DNA of 64,000 nt from Methanobacteriota archaeon (GCA_027064425.1 JAMOPO010000057.1:64001-128000); one strand, 5' to 3'; positions 27,274 through 36,703 are shown, counted from the first letter of the stretch. A program made the numbers and translations. Notes: generated from the letters alone by a model not told the origin.

Positions 27274-28632
27274 TCACGAGCGCACCAGGCGGGCGGTAAA
27301 GAAGCCCTCGGTCCGGTGCCGGTGGGGCCACAGGCGCCTGACGCGGTCGTGCCACGGGTAGCGCTGACCGCGCCACCGCTCGACGCCGGGCGATCCGAGG
27401 TCGAACGGCTCCTCGGGCTCGAACCCATCCTCTTCCCGGAGGAACCGGCGGACGACCTCCTCGTTCTCGACGACCGTGACGGAGCACGTGGAGTACACGA
27501 GCGAGTGCTCGGCCAGCGGGGCGACGCCCCGGAGAATGGCCAGCTGCCCGCGAGCGTACCGGTTGACGTGCCGCCAGCGGACGGTCCACCGGGTTTCGGG
27601 CGACCGGGCGTACGCGCCGGAGCTCGAGCAGGGTGGATCGACGAGCACGTGGTCGAACCGCTCCGAGTCGAGCTCCCGCTCCAGCTCGGTGGCGTCCGCG
27701 CGGCGGATCCGCGCCTCGACGCCCCACCGCCGGAAGTTCCGGCGCATCTCGCGGAGCCGGCGCGGGTTCACGTCCACGCACGTGAGCTCGATCTCGCCCT
27801 CCGCCAGGGCGTAGAGGTAGGCGGACTTGTTCCCCGGGGCCGCGCACGCGTCCAGGACCGAGTCGCCCGGGTCGGGCCGCAGGGCGTACGCCGCGGCGGC
27901 CGAGGCCTTGTCCTGGTACGCGACCCAGCCCCGGCGGTACGGCTCCGTGCGGACGGGCGGAACGTCGTGTTCCACCACCCGGAGGATCAAGGGGACGTCT
28001 GGGTCCTCCTCGACCACCACCCCCTCCTTCTCCAGCTCGAGCACGACCTTGTCCGGGTCGATCAGGTGCGCGTGGACGCGGAGGTAACGCTCCGGCTCCC
28101 GATTGTTCGCCTCCATCAGCCGCTCCAGCTCCTCCCGGCCCAGGGTGTCCAGGAGGTGGCGGACGAACCACTCCGGGTGGGAGTACTCGATCGCGAGACG
28201 CTCGATCTCGTCCCGGGCGCGGTCCAGGACGTCGTCCATGGACAGCTCCTCGACGTCGTAGAGGACGGCGTTCACGAACCGAGCCGGGCCCTCACCCAGC
28301 TCGTCGAGCACGATCTTGACGGCCTCGTTGGTGGCGATCGCGGGCTTGACGTCGTTGAACTTCATCTCGAACGTGGCCACGCGGAGCGCGTTGCGCACCC
28401 AGGGGTCCAGGTCCCGAACGCTCGAGTTCCGTACGGCCGCCTCCAGGAACGCGTCGATGGTCCTCAGCCGCTTCATCAGCTCCATGCAGTACGCGTGGAT
28501 GGTTCCCCAGACCTTATGATCCTCGACGCCCTCACTCAGCAGCACGCGCTTAACGCAGGAGCGCAGGGACCTGCGCGTGCGCTCCCACCGCACGAGCACG
28601 CGGACGGTCAACTCCTGCCGGCTGAGCCCCAA
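27274..28632 (-). CDS. RsmB/NOP2 family RNA m5C methyltransferase with NusB domain
   Basis: ATNEAVK...FVNAVL (NusB), YSHPEW, QDKAS, VLDACAAPGNKS, VDPPCSSSG, YSTCS..ENE. Confidence 0.92.
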   Translation of the reverse strand: MGLSRQELTVRVLVRWERTRRSLRSCVKRVLLSEGVEDHKVWGTIHAYCMELMKRLRTIDAFLEAAVRNSSVRDLDPWVRNALRVATFEMKFNDVKPAIATNEAVKIVLDELGEGPARFVNAVLYDVEELSMDDVLDRARDEIERLAIEYSHPEWFVRHLLDTLGREELERLMEANNREPERYLRVHAHLIDPDKVVLELEKEGVVVEEDPDVPLILRVVEHDVPPVRTEPYRRGWVAYQDKASAAAAYALRPDPGDSVLDACAAPGNKSAYLYALAEGEIELTCVDVNPRRLREMRRNFRRWGVEARIRRADATELERELDSERFDHVLVDPPCSSSGAYARSPETRWTVRWRHVNRYARGQLAILRGVAPLAEHSLVYSTCSVTVVENEEVVRRFLREEDGFEPEEPFDLGSPGVERWRGQRYPWHDRVRRLWPHRHRTEGFFTARLVRS

Positions 28633-28657
28633 CCCTCCTCCCCCCGGGGGAAGCCCC

Positions 28658-29614
28658 GTGTACCTGGCCGAGGTGATCGGGGACGAGGCGCGGCGGATCG
28701 GGGTGCTCGGGATCGGCGGCGGTGGGGACATCGTCGGCGCGGCCCACACCTACCGGCGGGCCCGGGTGGACCTGGACCCCGAGCTGCTGGTGCTCGGCGG
28801 TCTCACCTGGGAGCGGGCCGTCGTGGACCCCGAGCCGGGACCGCGCTCGCGGGACGAGATCCTGGGCGACGTGGAGTGGATCCACGACCGGGTGGGGGTG
28901 CTCCGGGGCGAGGCCCGGCCCCGGCGGGGCTCCGAGTTCGCGGAGTCCCGGGTGAGGAGGGTTCTCCGGGAGCTCGGCCACTCGGACGTCCAAGTGGTCC
29001 TGATCGACGTGGGCGGTGGCGTCGAGGGGACCGTCGATGGGCTCCGGGCGCTGATGGATCACTTCGACCTGGACGTGCTCATCGGCGTGGACGTGGGCGG
29101 GGACGCGCTCGCCCGCGGGGACGAGCCGGGCGTGGAGAGCCCGCTCGCGGACTCCATCATGACGTGCTCGCTCGCCAAGCTGGAGGACACGGTGCTCGGC
29201 GTGTTCGGGTGGGGCTCGGACGGAGAGCTGACCCGGGAGGAGCTGCGGCAGCGCTTCTCCGAGATCGCGGCCGAGGGAGGGTACCTCGGGGCCGTCGGCC
29301 TCACTCGGAAGGACGTGGAGTTCCTCAAGTTACTGGTGGAGGAAGTCGAGACCGAGGCCAGCAGGATCCCCCTGCGCGCGGCGGAGGCGGGGGATCTGGG
29401 CCCGATCGAGATCCGGGGTGGGTATCGAACGGTCGAGCTCGGCCCAGCGTCCGTGTGCACCTTCTACTTCGACCCGACCGCGGTGGCGCGCGGGAGCATC
29501 CTGTGCGAGCTGGTCGACGGGACGTGCAGCGTGGAGGAGGCACACGAGCGCGTGCGCAGCGAGCTCGGGATTAAGACGGAGCTGGACTGGGAGCGGGAGC
29601 GAGCGGAGCGGTAG
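28658..29614 (+). CDS. DUF1152 family protein
   Basis: GIGGGGDI, GVDVGGDAL, SPLADS, GSDGEL, TEASRIP. Confidence 0.8.
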   Translation: MYLAEVIGDEARRIGVLGIGGGGDIVGAAHTYRRARVDLDPELLVLGGLTWERAVVDPEPGPRSRDEILGDVEWIHDRVGVLRGEARPRRGSEFAESRVRRVLRELGHSDVQVVLIDVGGGVEGTVDGLRALMDHFDLDVLIGVDVGGDALARGDEPGVESPLADSIMTCSLAKLEDTVLGVFGWGSDGELTREELRQRFSEIAAEGGYLGAVGLTRKDVEFLKLLVEEVETEASRIPLRAAEAGDLGPIEIRGGYRTVELGPASVCTFYFDPTAVARGSILCELVDGTCSVEEAHERVRSELGIKTELDWERERAER

Positions 29615-29625
29615 GGGGTCAACCC

Positions 29626-30468
29626 TTGATCCCGAACCGCGTCCGGGTCGAGCGCGTGGTGCGGTGGGCCCTGGAGGAGGACGTCGGCCGCGCCGACGTG
29701 ACCTCTTCAGTAGTTCGGGACGAGGAGGCCGGGGCCGTGATCGTGGCTAAAGAGGCGGGGGTCGTGTCGGGCACGCTGCCCGCGAGGACCGCCTTCGAGC
29801 TGCTGGACTGCGACGTGGAGGTGCTGGTTCGAGACGGGGAAGAGGTCGAGGAGGGGGAGGAGGTGCTCCGAATCGAGGGCCGGGCCGTCGACGTGCTCGC
29901 GGCCGAACGGGTGGCGCTCAACTTCCTCATGCACCTGTCCGGGATCGCGACGGCGACCCGGGAGGTCGTGGAGAGGGTCCGCCGGGTGAACCCGGACGTG
30001 ACGGTGGCCGCGACGAGGAAGGTGCACCCGATCACGGGCTTCCTGGAGAAGAAGGCCGTGGCGGACGGGGGCGGCGATCCGCACCGGCTGGGCCTGGACG
30101 ACGCCGTGCTCATCAAGGACAACCATCTGGCCCTGGTCGGGTCGGTGGAGGAGGCCGTGCGCCGGGCCCGGGAGGAGGTAGGGTTCACCAAGCTCGTGGG
30201 AGTGGAGGTCGAGTCGCCGGAGGAGGCCGAGGAGGCGGCCCGCGCGGGCGCGGACCACGTGCTGCTCGATAACATGCCGCCAGAGCGCGTGCGAGAGGCG
30301 GTCAAGCGGGTGAGGAGGATCGACGACGAGATCATCCTCGAGGCCTCGGGCGGAATCACCCCGGAAAACGCGCCCGAGTACGCCCGTACCGGGGTGGACG
30401 TGATCTCCCTGGGCTGGCTGACGCACTCTGCGCCCGCCCTCGATATGAGCATGCGCGTGGTCACCTGA
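29626..30468 (+). CDS. nadC: Quinolinate phosphoribosyltransferase
   Basis: ERVALNFL..LSGIAT, ATRK, HRLGLDDAVLIKDNH, LLDN, EASGGI. Confidence 0.95.
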   Translation: MIPNRVRVERVVRWALEEDVGRADVTSSVVRDEEAGAVIVAKEAGVVSGTLPARTAFELLDCDVEVLVRDGEEVEEGEEVLRIEGRAVDVLAAERVALNFLMHLSGIATATREVVERVRRVNPDVTVAATRKVHPITGFLEKKAVADGGGDPHRLGLDDAVLIKDNHLALVGSVEEAVRRAREEVGFTKLVGVEVESPEEAEEAARAGADHVLLDNMPPERVREAVKRVRRIDDEIILEASGGITPENAPEYARTGVDVISLGWLTHSAPALDMSMRVVT

Positions 30469-31426
30469 GCCGCTCCCGGAGCTCGCGGACGAAGTCCGAG
30501 AGCGTCATGACGAACCGGGCGTCCGCGATCCGGTGCGCGTACGCGTCCGGGTCGGGGTTCACCGACACCACGAAGTCCGACTCGAACCGGACCGCGAACG
30601 CGTCGAAGGAGGCGCCCACGAGGAACAGCACGTCCTCCCGCACGGTGTTGCCCGTGTTGACGCCCGTCGGCGGAATCCCGGGGAGGAACTTGGACGCGTG
30701 CTTGGTGCAGTACACCCGGACCTTGAGCCCCGCCTCCTTCAGCGTCTCCTTCAGTCGATTCACCTCCTTCCACTCGTTCCCGAGGGAGGACGTCACCGCC
30801 GGCAGATCACCCGAGACGTCGCCCAACACCCCCTTCCCGACCACGAGGGCCACGCTGTCGTAGAACTCGAGCGCGCGCAGCAGCTCCTCCCAGCCCGCCT
30901 CTCCCGTCGGTTCAACCTGGGCCTCCCCCGACGGTGGCCGGCTCGACAGGAGCAAGTCCTCCGTCAGGATCACGCACGCGAGCCTGTGCTCCTTCCGGGA
31001 CGTCTTGGCGGCGCGGACTATCGCGTCCTCGACCTCCTCCTGGGTCCCAGGCACTTCTACCCGGAGCTTCCACTCCCTCACCACGTCGGGGAGCTCCACG
31101 GAGCACGTGTACGAGCCGCGCCCGTCGGCGTCCAGCCCGACGATTAAGAGCCCCGGCCAGTCGCCCTCCTCCGCGAGGAGCTGCGCCGCCACGTACACTC
31201 CCTTGTCCTTCAACACCGCCGCGCCGAACCCACCGGACTGGGCCAGACCGACCACCAGCCCGACCGCATCGAACTCCGAGGCCACCGGGATGACCTCGAA
31301 CGGCTGGTCCCCCTCCTCCAGCTTCCGAACGACCTCGTTCAGCGGGAACCCCGGCAGGTAGGCGACCGCGTCCGGCTTTAGCCTCCTCAGCGCCCTCAGT
31401 ACCGCCTCCGACCCGAGCCCGGTCAC
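30461..31426 (-). CDS. TPP-dependent enzyme subunit (pyrimidine-binding + central Rossmann domains)
   Basis: AYLPGFP, ASEFDAVGLVVG (conserved Glu), ALVVGKG, DVLFLVGASF, VNPDP. Confidence 0.7.
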   Translation of the reverse strand: MTGLGSEAVLRALRRLKPDAVAYLPGFPLNEVVRKLEEGDQPFEVIPVASEFDAVGLVVGLAQSGGFGAAVLKDKGVYVAAQLLAEEGDWPGLLIVGLDADGRGSYTCSVELPDVVREWKLRVEVPGTQEEVEDAIVRAAKTSRKEHRLACVILTEDLLLSSRPPSGEAQVEPTGEAGWEELLRALEFYDSVALVVGKGVLGDVSGDLPAVTSSLGNEWKEVNRLKETLKEAGLKVRVYCTKHASKFLPGIPPTGVNTGNTVREDVLFLVGASFDAFAVRFESDFVVSVNPDPDAYAHRIADARFVMTLSDFVRELRERLR

Positions 31427-31453
31427 CCCAGACCCCCCATGGGGACCGCCACG

Positions 31454-32753
31454 ATGATCCTGCGCTTCGTACTCCTGCTCTCGCTACCGGTCCCGGTCGA
31501 AGGGGCGGAGATCCAGTGGGTGAAGCTGGCTCCCGGAACCGAGTTTCTGGCACCGGGTCCGCTGATTAGGACCATCCGGTTACCCACCGAGGTGCGCTTC
31601 CTGCTGCCGGATCCGGACTTCGGACAGGTCGAGTTCGACTCCGACATTAACGGGGACGGGAGAGTCGACCACGCCTGGTGCGGTGAGGTCGCAGCCCTCA
31701 CGGTGTACAACGTGGCGGTGGCGGAGGGGCTGTGGAGACCCGCCCGCGGGTTCCCGCTGACCCCGGCGGAGCTCGAGAGAATCGAGACCACGTTCGAGAA
31801 GAGCACCGGAATTCCGGTGGAGGACGACCGGTCTAACGCGCCCACAGTCACCTTCATGGCCCCGTACTACCCGGCGCTCGCCGCGATCGCCGGCGGCCCC
31901 ATCGGGGCCCTCGTCTGAGCGGGAGCGCGGTCTGGGGTGACGGTTCCGACGCACGCGGTCGTGATCCTGGGGACCTCGCCTTCCGGCAGCGTCCTGGTGG
32001 CCAAGGACTGCACGGAGCTTCAGACGTCCTCGTACGACTGGCGCCGGGACTACTTCCTGATGACGCTGGACACCCTGAAGGCGCTGCTGGAGTCGGTGGC
32101 GGTGCAGGGCTGGGCCTTGGCGTTCTTCCCGCTCCCGGAGGACCCCAAGGAGCTGCCGGAGCCGGCCCTGGAGGCGCTCTCGGGGCTGCCCGTCCGCGTT
32201 CAGGAGTTCAAATGGTCGGAGGAGTCCACCGTCAGGCGAGTCAGGATCGATCTCTACCACGTGAGTTCCGTCGACCGGGTGTGCCGGGTCGTCGCCTGGC
32301 TGAAGCGGGCATCCCGACGATCTGCCTGGTCCCGACGACCGTCCACCTGGTCGCGGGGCTGAGCTCGGTGGCGCTGGCGTGGGAGGGAGGGGGTCAGGAG
32401 GGCTGGAGCGTCTCGAGGAGGAGGTTGGAAGGCTGGCCCAAGAGCTGGCGGAGCTGCGCCGGCGGTTGCTCGAGGAGGAGGCGAGGCTGGCGGACCTGGA
32501 GCGGAGGGTCGCCGAGCTGGAGCGGCGGATGGCGGACGTGGAGGGGAAGGTGTCCGAGCTCGACTCCAGGCTGCGCGGGCTGGGGGAAGAGCTTGAGAGG
32601 CTCGAAGGTGGCGTCGCACGGCTGGAGGAGCGCGTTTCGAACGTGGAGCGGAGGTCCCGGGGCGTGCCCCTGCCACCCTGGATCCTCATAGGTACGTTAT
32701 TCGGTCGCAGCGGAGCTCGGCCAGGGAGGGGCCGGCCCTGGAGCACCTCTTGA
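31454..32753 (+). pseudogene. Interrupted secreted C39-like Cys peptidase with coiled-coil stalk and C-terminal anchor
   Basis: Signal peptide, WCG...[in-frame TGA 31916]...HAVVILG...KD, then two frame changes at G runs (about 32307 and 32385) into GIPTICLV..HLV and a coiled coil ending VPLPPWILIG. Confidence 0.55.
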
Positions 32754-33177
32754 GCAGCCGCTCCGCCTCCTCCGGCTCCTCCGCGACCCCGGTCGGGTCG
32801 AAGCCCAGGGACCCTGCTACCTCGGAGGGAGAGGCCTCCGAGGCGGGGTTCTCCTGACCGCCCGTCATCCCCCAGGAGGCGTCGGTTAGGACCACCACGG
32901 TCAGGTTCTCGAACCGCTCGCGGTTCTGGGCCACCGTGGCCAGAGTGTGGAGGTGCATGAAGAAGCCGCCGTCGCCGATGACGCAGTAGACTCGGCCCTC
33001 AGCCCTCAGGCAGTGACCCAGCGCGACGGCCATCGCGCCGCCCAGCGCGCCGGTGCCCCCGTCGGGGTCGAGACCCGCCTTGGCCGCGGCGATCGTGTTG
33101 TCCCCGAGGTCTACCACGACCCTATCCTCGCCCTTGACGACCTTGGACAGGGCGAGGAGCGCCTCCTCCGGTCGCAA
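32686..33177 (-). CDS. TPP-dependent enzyme pyrophosphate-binding subunit (ComE-like)
   Basis: GALGGAMAVALG, IGDGGFFMH...LTDASWGMTGGQ. Confidence 0.8.
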   Translation of the reverse strand: MRPEEALLALSKVVKGEDRVVVDLGDNTIAAAKAGLDPDGGTGALGGAMAVALGHCLRAEGRVYCVIGDGGFFMHLHTLATVAQNRERFENLTVVVLTDASWGMTGGQENPASEASPSEVAGSLGFDPTGVAEEPEEAERLLKRCSRAGPSLAELRCDRITYL

Positions 33178-33180
33178 CGT

Positions 33181-33585
33181 TCACTCCTCCTCTAGCAGGT
33201 AGACCTCGCCGTCGTCCAGGTTCACTCGCACGCGGCTACCCTCCGGCGGCATGAGGTGCTTGTGCTCCTCGCCGTGGTGGGGGGCATCCTCCGGGATCTC
33301 GGGCTTCACGAGCAGGTCTTTGACCTCCTCACTGACCGGCTGAGCGTCCCTGATGACCGGGATCTCCCCGTCGTCGGACAGCGTTCTGACCTCTCCCGTG
33401 CAGACGATGGCGACGGCCCCCATCACCTCCGGGTACGTATCGTAGGCGCCGCCCAGGTCCTGCGTGAAGACGACCTGTCCCTCCTGAATATCCACGATCT
33501 GGTCCGGGTGCGTCACGTGGATGACCTCGCCCTCCACCTCACCGCTGCCCCGCACGGTTTCGCCTCGCATGATCAGTCGGGCCAA
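33181..33585 (-). CDS. Stand-alone swivelling-domain (PEP-utiliser-like) protein
   Basis: GSGEVEGEV, EGQVVFT, AVAIVC, EGSRVRVNLDDGEVY; lacks canonical TSHAA. Confidence 0.6.
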   Translation of the reverse strand: MARLIMRGETVRGSGEVEGEVIHVTHPDQIVDIQEGQVVFTQDLGGAYDTYPEVMGAVAIVCTGEVRTLSDDGEIPVIRDAQPVSEEVKDLLVKPEIPEDAPHHGEEHKHLMPPEGSRVRVNLDDGEVYLLEEE

Positions 33586-33632
33586 CTGAACACCCCCGGT
33601 GCGGGAGCGACCGGCAGCCTTATTTTGTCAGC

Positions 33633-33684
33633 AGTCCACTCTCCTGCGGGTCAAAGACCCACCTCCTCGAGGAGGTAGGGGACT
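33633..33684 (+). promoter_or_regulatory. Structured leader sequestering RBS of aMBF1
   Basis: CTCCTGC/GTAGGGG closing stem, GGGTC-AAA-GACCC and ACCTCC-TCGA-GGAGGT hairpins. Confidence 0.45.
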
Positions 33685-33689
33685 AGACC

Positions 33690-34202
33690 TTGGCGGAGCG
33701 CAGGTGCGAGATCTGCGGCCGCCCGATCCAGGGCCAGCCTAAGATCGTGAAGGTGGAGGGGTCAGAGCTTAGGGTCTGCGAGGAGTGCGCGCAGTTCGGC
33801 AGGGAGGTGGCCCGCCCGCGCGCGGGGTCCGAGCGTAGGGCGCGCGGCCGGGCCCCGGCCCCGCGGCGCGCACCCCGGCCCCGCCGTAGTCGTCCCCGGG
33901 GCGTCGATCCGTTCAGCGAGGGGTACGAGGTGGTTCCGGACTACGCGGAGCGGGTTCGCGAGGCCAGGGAGGAGAAGGGTTGGAGTCAGGAGGAGCTGGC
34001 TGAGAAGCTCGGAGAGAAGGTCTCCGTGATCCGGAGAATAGAGGCCGGGAAGATGGAGCCTGACGTGGATCTGGCCAGGAAGCTGGAGAAGGTCCTGGAG
34101 GTTAAGCTCTTGGAACCGCTGGAGTCGACGGGAAGCGAGGCGTCCAGCTCCGGGGATGAGGGACTCACGCTAGGGGATGTGGTGGAGATTCGCAGGAAGT
34201 AG
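33690..34202 (+). CDS. Archaeal multiprotein bridging factor aMBF1
   Basis: CEICG...VCEEC Zn ribbon, HTH WSQEELAEKLGEKVSVIRRIE, LTLGD. Confidence 0.92.
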   Translation: MAERRCEICGRPIQGQPKIVKVEGSELRVCEECAQFGREVARPRAGSERRARGRAPAPRRAPRPRRSRPRGVDPFSEGYEVVPDYAERVREAREEKGWSQEELAEKLGEKVSVIRRIEAGKMEPDVDLARKLEKVLEVKLLEPLESTGSEASSSGDEGLTLGDVVEIRRK

Positions 34203-34835
34203 GCCGGACGACAGCAGTAGGCCCAGGCAGACCAGGACGGATGCGGCCGTCGTCACGAGGGCGATGCGCCTGAGGTTCGGCTCCCGGCCCCTCCGCTCCG
34301 CCACCTTTCTCGCGATCTCCATGCTGAGCTCGCGCAGCTTGTCGCTGTCCCGGCGCGCGTAGAGCTTGACCCTACCCTCCTTCCGGTCGACGACCAGGTA
34401 CGCGTCCGCCGTCACGTGGCGCTCGTAGCGGCAGACCCTGTCGAAGCGCCTACGCACCTCCTTGAGGATCTCCTCGATCGTCTCCTCGTCGGCCCGCACG
34501 TCCAGCAGTAGCTTTCCCTCCAGCGGCACGGACTCCTCGAGCACGGCCACGTCGCAGTGGCGGACCGGGGGCGACTGCTCGACGGTCTCCAGCCGCTCGT
34601 CGATCGAGAACTTGTCGACGTACTCCTCACCGAAGAGGACCATCTTATCGAGGGACCGGCAGACGGACGACAGCACGTCCCGGTTGAACGGGTCTATCTC
34701 GCCCACCACCACGACGACGTCGTTCTTCGCCCTCTTAATTAGGCTGACTACTTCCGGTATCGTCCAGCCACTCCTCAGCACCACCAGCGTGGCCTTCCGC
34801 TTCACCTTCTTCCCCCGCTTCACCGGAGATCTCAT
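34170..34835 (-). CDS. Hypothetical protein with C-terminal TM helix
   Basis: Genome-typical codons; overlaps the 3' end of the ftsA-like gene. Confidence 0.6.
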   Translation of the reverse strand: MRSPVKRGKKVKRKATLVVLRSGWTIPEVVSLIKRAKNDVVVVVGEIDPFNRDVLSSVCRSLDKMVLFGEEYVDKFSIDERLETVEQSPPVRHCDVAVLEESVPLEGKLLLDVRADEETIEEILKEVRRRFDRVCRYERHVTADAYLVVDRKEGRVKLYARRDSDKLRELSMEIARKVAERRGREPNLRRIALVTTAASVLVCLGLLLSSGLLPANLHHIP

Positions 34836-36372
34836 CCACCGGGACGAGTATTGGACCCATTTCCTTCACCTGGACGACGATGTACTCGTAGGGGAGCCGG
34901 CGCACCTCGTCCGCTGACTCGGCGGGCAGCGTCCTGACCCGGACGCCCTCCACATCCTCGACTTTGTCGGAGTCCAGCCCGTCGAACTTGATCGAGACGG
35001 TGCCGGCGTAGGCTCGGCCCGAGAGCTTGGCGACGAGCGGGGAGGGTTCCATGAGGATGACCTCTTTGATGAAGCTGATGATGGCCTGCTTCAGGCCCGT
35101 CTTGCGCGGGATCTTCACGGTGTCCTCCAGCCTGCCGCTGACCTCCAGCGAGTAGCGGCCCTCGGGCGCCCTCATCTCGTCCACCTCGACCTCCACCCGG
35201 GCCCCGGCGTGGGCCTGGCACAGCACGGTGTCCCGGAGCACGGACAGCGCGACGACCCGCATGGGACCCTGCAGGCGGCGGCCGGTGTGCGGGACCACGC
35301 GCGAGGCGTCGAGGACCTGGATGCGCGGTACCGTGCCGAGGTAGTCCCGGTAGGCGATCATGACGGCCTCCTTGATCGCGTCCTCCGCCTGGTCCAGCAG
35401 TATTCCGCCGCCGAAGAGCCCCACGCGGTCGGGCGGGTGGAGGTCGGCGGCCCGGATCATACGCTTAACGGCGGACACGATGGTGTCTCGGACGTACTCG
35501 GCTACCTCCTCGATGGGCTCGAGGGCCTGGCTGCGGGAGATACCGTACTTGGACAGCTCCGACTCGGCGACGGGGGAGTTCAGCTTCTTCTTCAGGCTCT
35601 CCGCCTCCTCGTAGGTCAGGCCGAACTCGTTGGCCAGGGCGAGGGTGAAGTCGCGCCCACCGACCTTGATCGACTTGCACATCTCCAGGCTCGAGTCCCG
35701 GATCATGGAAACGTCGGTGGTGCCGCCGCCGGAGTCTATGAGCAGGTAGTCCGTGGCGCGATGCTCCGCCATCAGGGACTTGGCCACGGCGATGGGCTCG
35801 ACGGAGATCGTAATCAGCTTAAGGTTGAGGATGTTCGAGATCCGCTCCAGGTTGTCGACGAGGGTGGGGTTCGCGCTGGAGACGATGGCCCTGAACTTCA
35901 CCTCCGACGCCTTGGTACCGATGATCCCCTCCGGGTGCTCCGAGCTGAGCTCTCGGGGATCAACCTCCGCGCCGTTGACCTTCAGCTCCACGATGTCCAC
36001 GGAAACCGGTCGGCTGCGGCTCGAGAACTCCAGCTGTTCCACGATCGAGTACCCGATATCCTCCCACCGAATGCTTCCGCCAGGGCTCACCTCGATCGTC
36101 TTCTCCTGAATCTCGAACTTGTCCCCGGTCATTGAGAGGCCCACGCCTTCCACCTCGGACCTGGAGATGCCCGCGCTGTGGAGGGCCTCCTCCACGGTCC
36201 GCTCCACGATCTCGCTGACACCTTTGACGTACCGGACGTTGCCGCGCTCCATGACGGTGGGGTCCATGATGTACCGCTCGCTGTACCCCTTAACGATCAG
36301 GTTGTCACCGCGGAGCTTGCCCACGGCGGCCGCTATCACCTCCGTTCCCAGGTCGACGGCCACCACGTGCAA
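34735..36372 (-). CDS. ftsA: FtsA-like actin-fold ATPase with C-terminal extension
   Basis: VAVDLGT, VEPIAVA, LIDSGGGTTDVS, VGGRDFT..LA..FGLTYEEAESLK, LFGGG. Confidence 0.8.
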   Translation of the reverse strand: MHVVAVDLGTEVIAAAVGKLRGDNLIVKGYSERYIMDPTVMERGNVRYVKGVSEIVERTVEEALHSAGISRSEVEGVGLSMTGDKFEIQEKTIEVSPGGSIRWEDIGYSIVEQLEFSSRSRPVSVDIVELKVNGAEVDPRELSSEHPEGIIGTKASEVKFRAIVSSANPTLVDNLERISNILNLKLITISVEPIAVAKSLMAEHRATDYLLIDSGGGTTDVSMIRDSSLEMCKSIKVGGRDFTLALANEFGLTYEEAESLKKKLNSPVAESELSKYGISRSQALEPIEEVAEYVRDTIVSAVKRMIRAADLHPPDRVGLFGGGILLDQAEDAIKEAVMIAYRDYLGTVPRIQVLDASRVVPHTGRRLQGPMRVVALSVLRDTVLCQAHAGARVEVEVDEMRAPEGRYSLEVSGRLEDTVKIPRKTGLKQAIISFIKEVILMEPSPLVAKLSGRAYAGTVSIKFDGLDSDKVEDVEGVRVRTLPAESADEVRRLPYEYIVVQVKEMGPILVPVDEISGEAGEEGEAEGHAGGAEEWLDDTGSSQPN

Positions 36373-36375
36373 GAG

Positions 36376-36690
36376 CTAGCCCTCCAGCTGGCCGAGGTCG
36401 CGCTGCTTGCGGGTTTGGAGCCTCCTGACGTCCTCCAGGTCGATGCCGTGGGCGGTCATGAACGCCTCTACCTCGATCAACAAGTCTCCCAGCTCCTCGA
36501 TCACCTTGTCACGATCACCGCGGCGGACGGCGTCCCGGACCTCGAGCGCCTCCTCCACCAATCGGGCCCCTGTCGCCACCTCTACGGCCCGATCCTTGCG
36601 AGGCGTAAGGCCGGTGATATTAAGGATTTGAGAGTCTAGCCGGCGGCGGGACCGGAACCGGTCGATCGCCGACTTCAGCAGGTCGTTCAA
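36376..36690 (-). CDS. MazG-like NTP pyrophosphohydrolase
   Basis: LVEEALEV...EELGDLL. Confidence 0.8.
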   Translation of the reverse strand: MNDLLKSAIDRFRSRRRLDSQILNITGLTPRKDRAVEVATGARLVEEALEVRDAVRRGDRDKVIEELGDLLIEVEAFMTAHGIDLEDVRRLQTRKQRDLGQLEG

Positions 36691-36703
36691 GTTCAGCTTC
36701 CCC

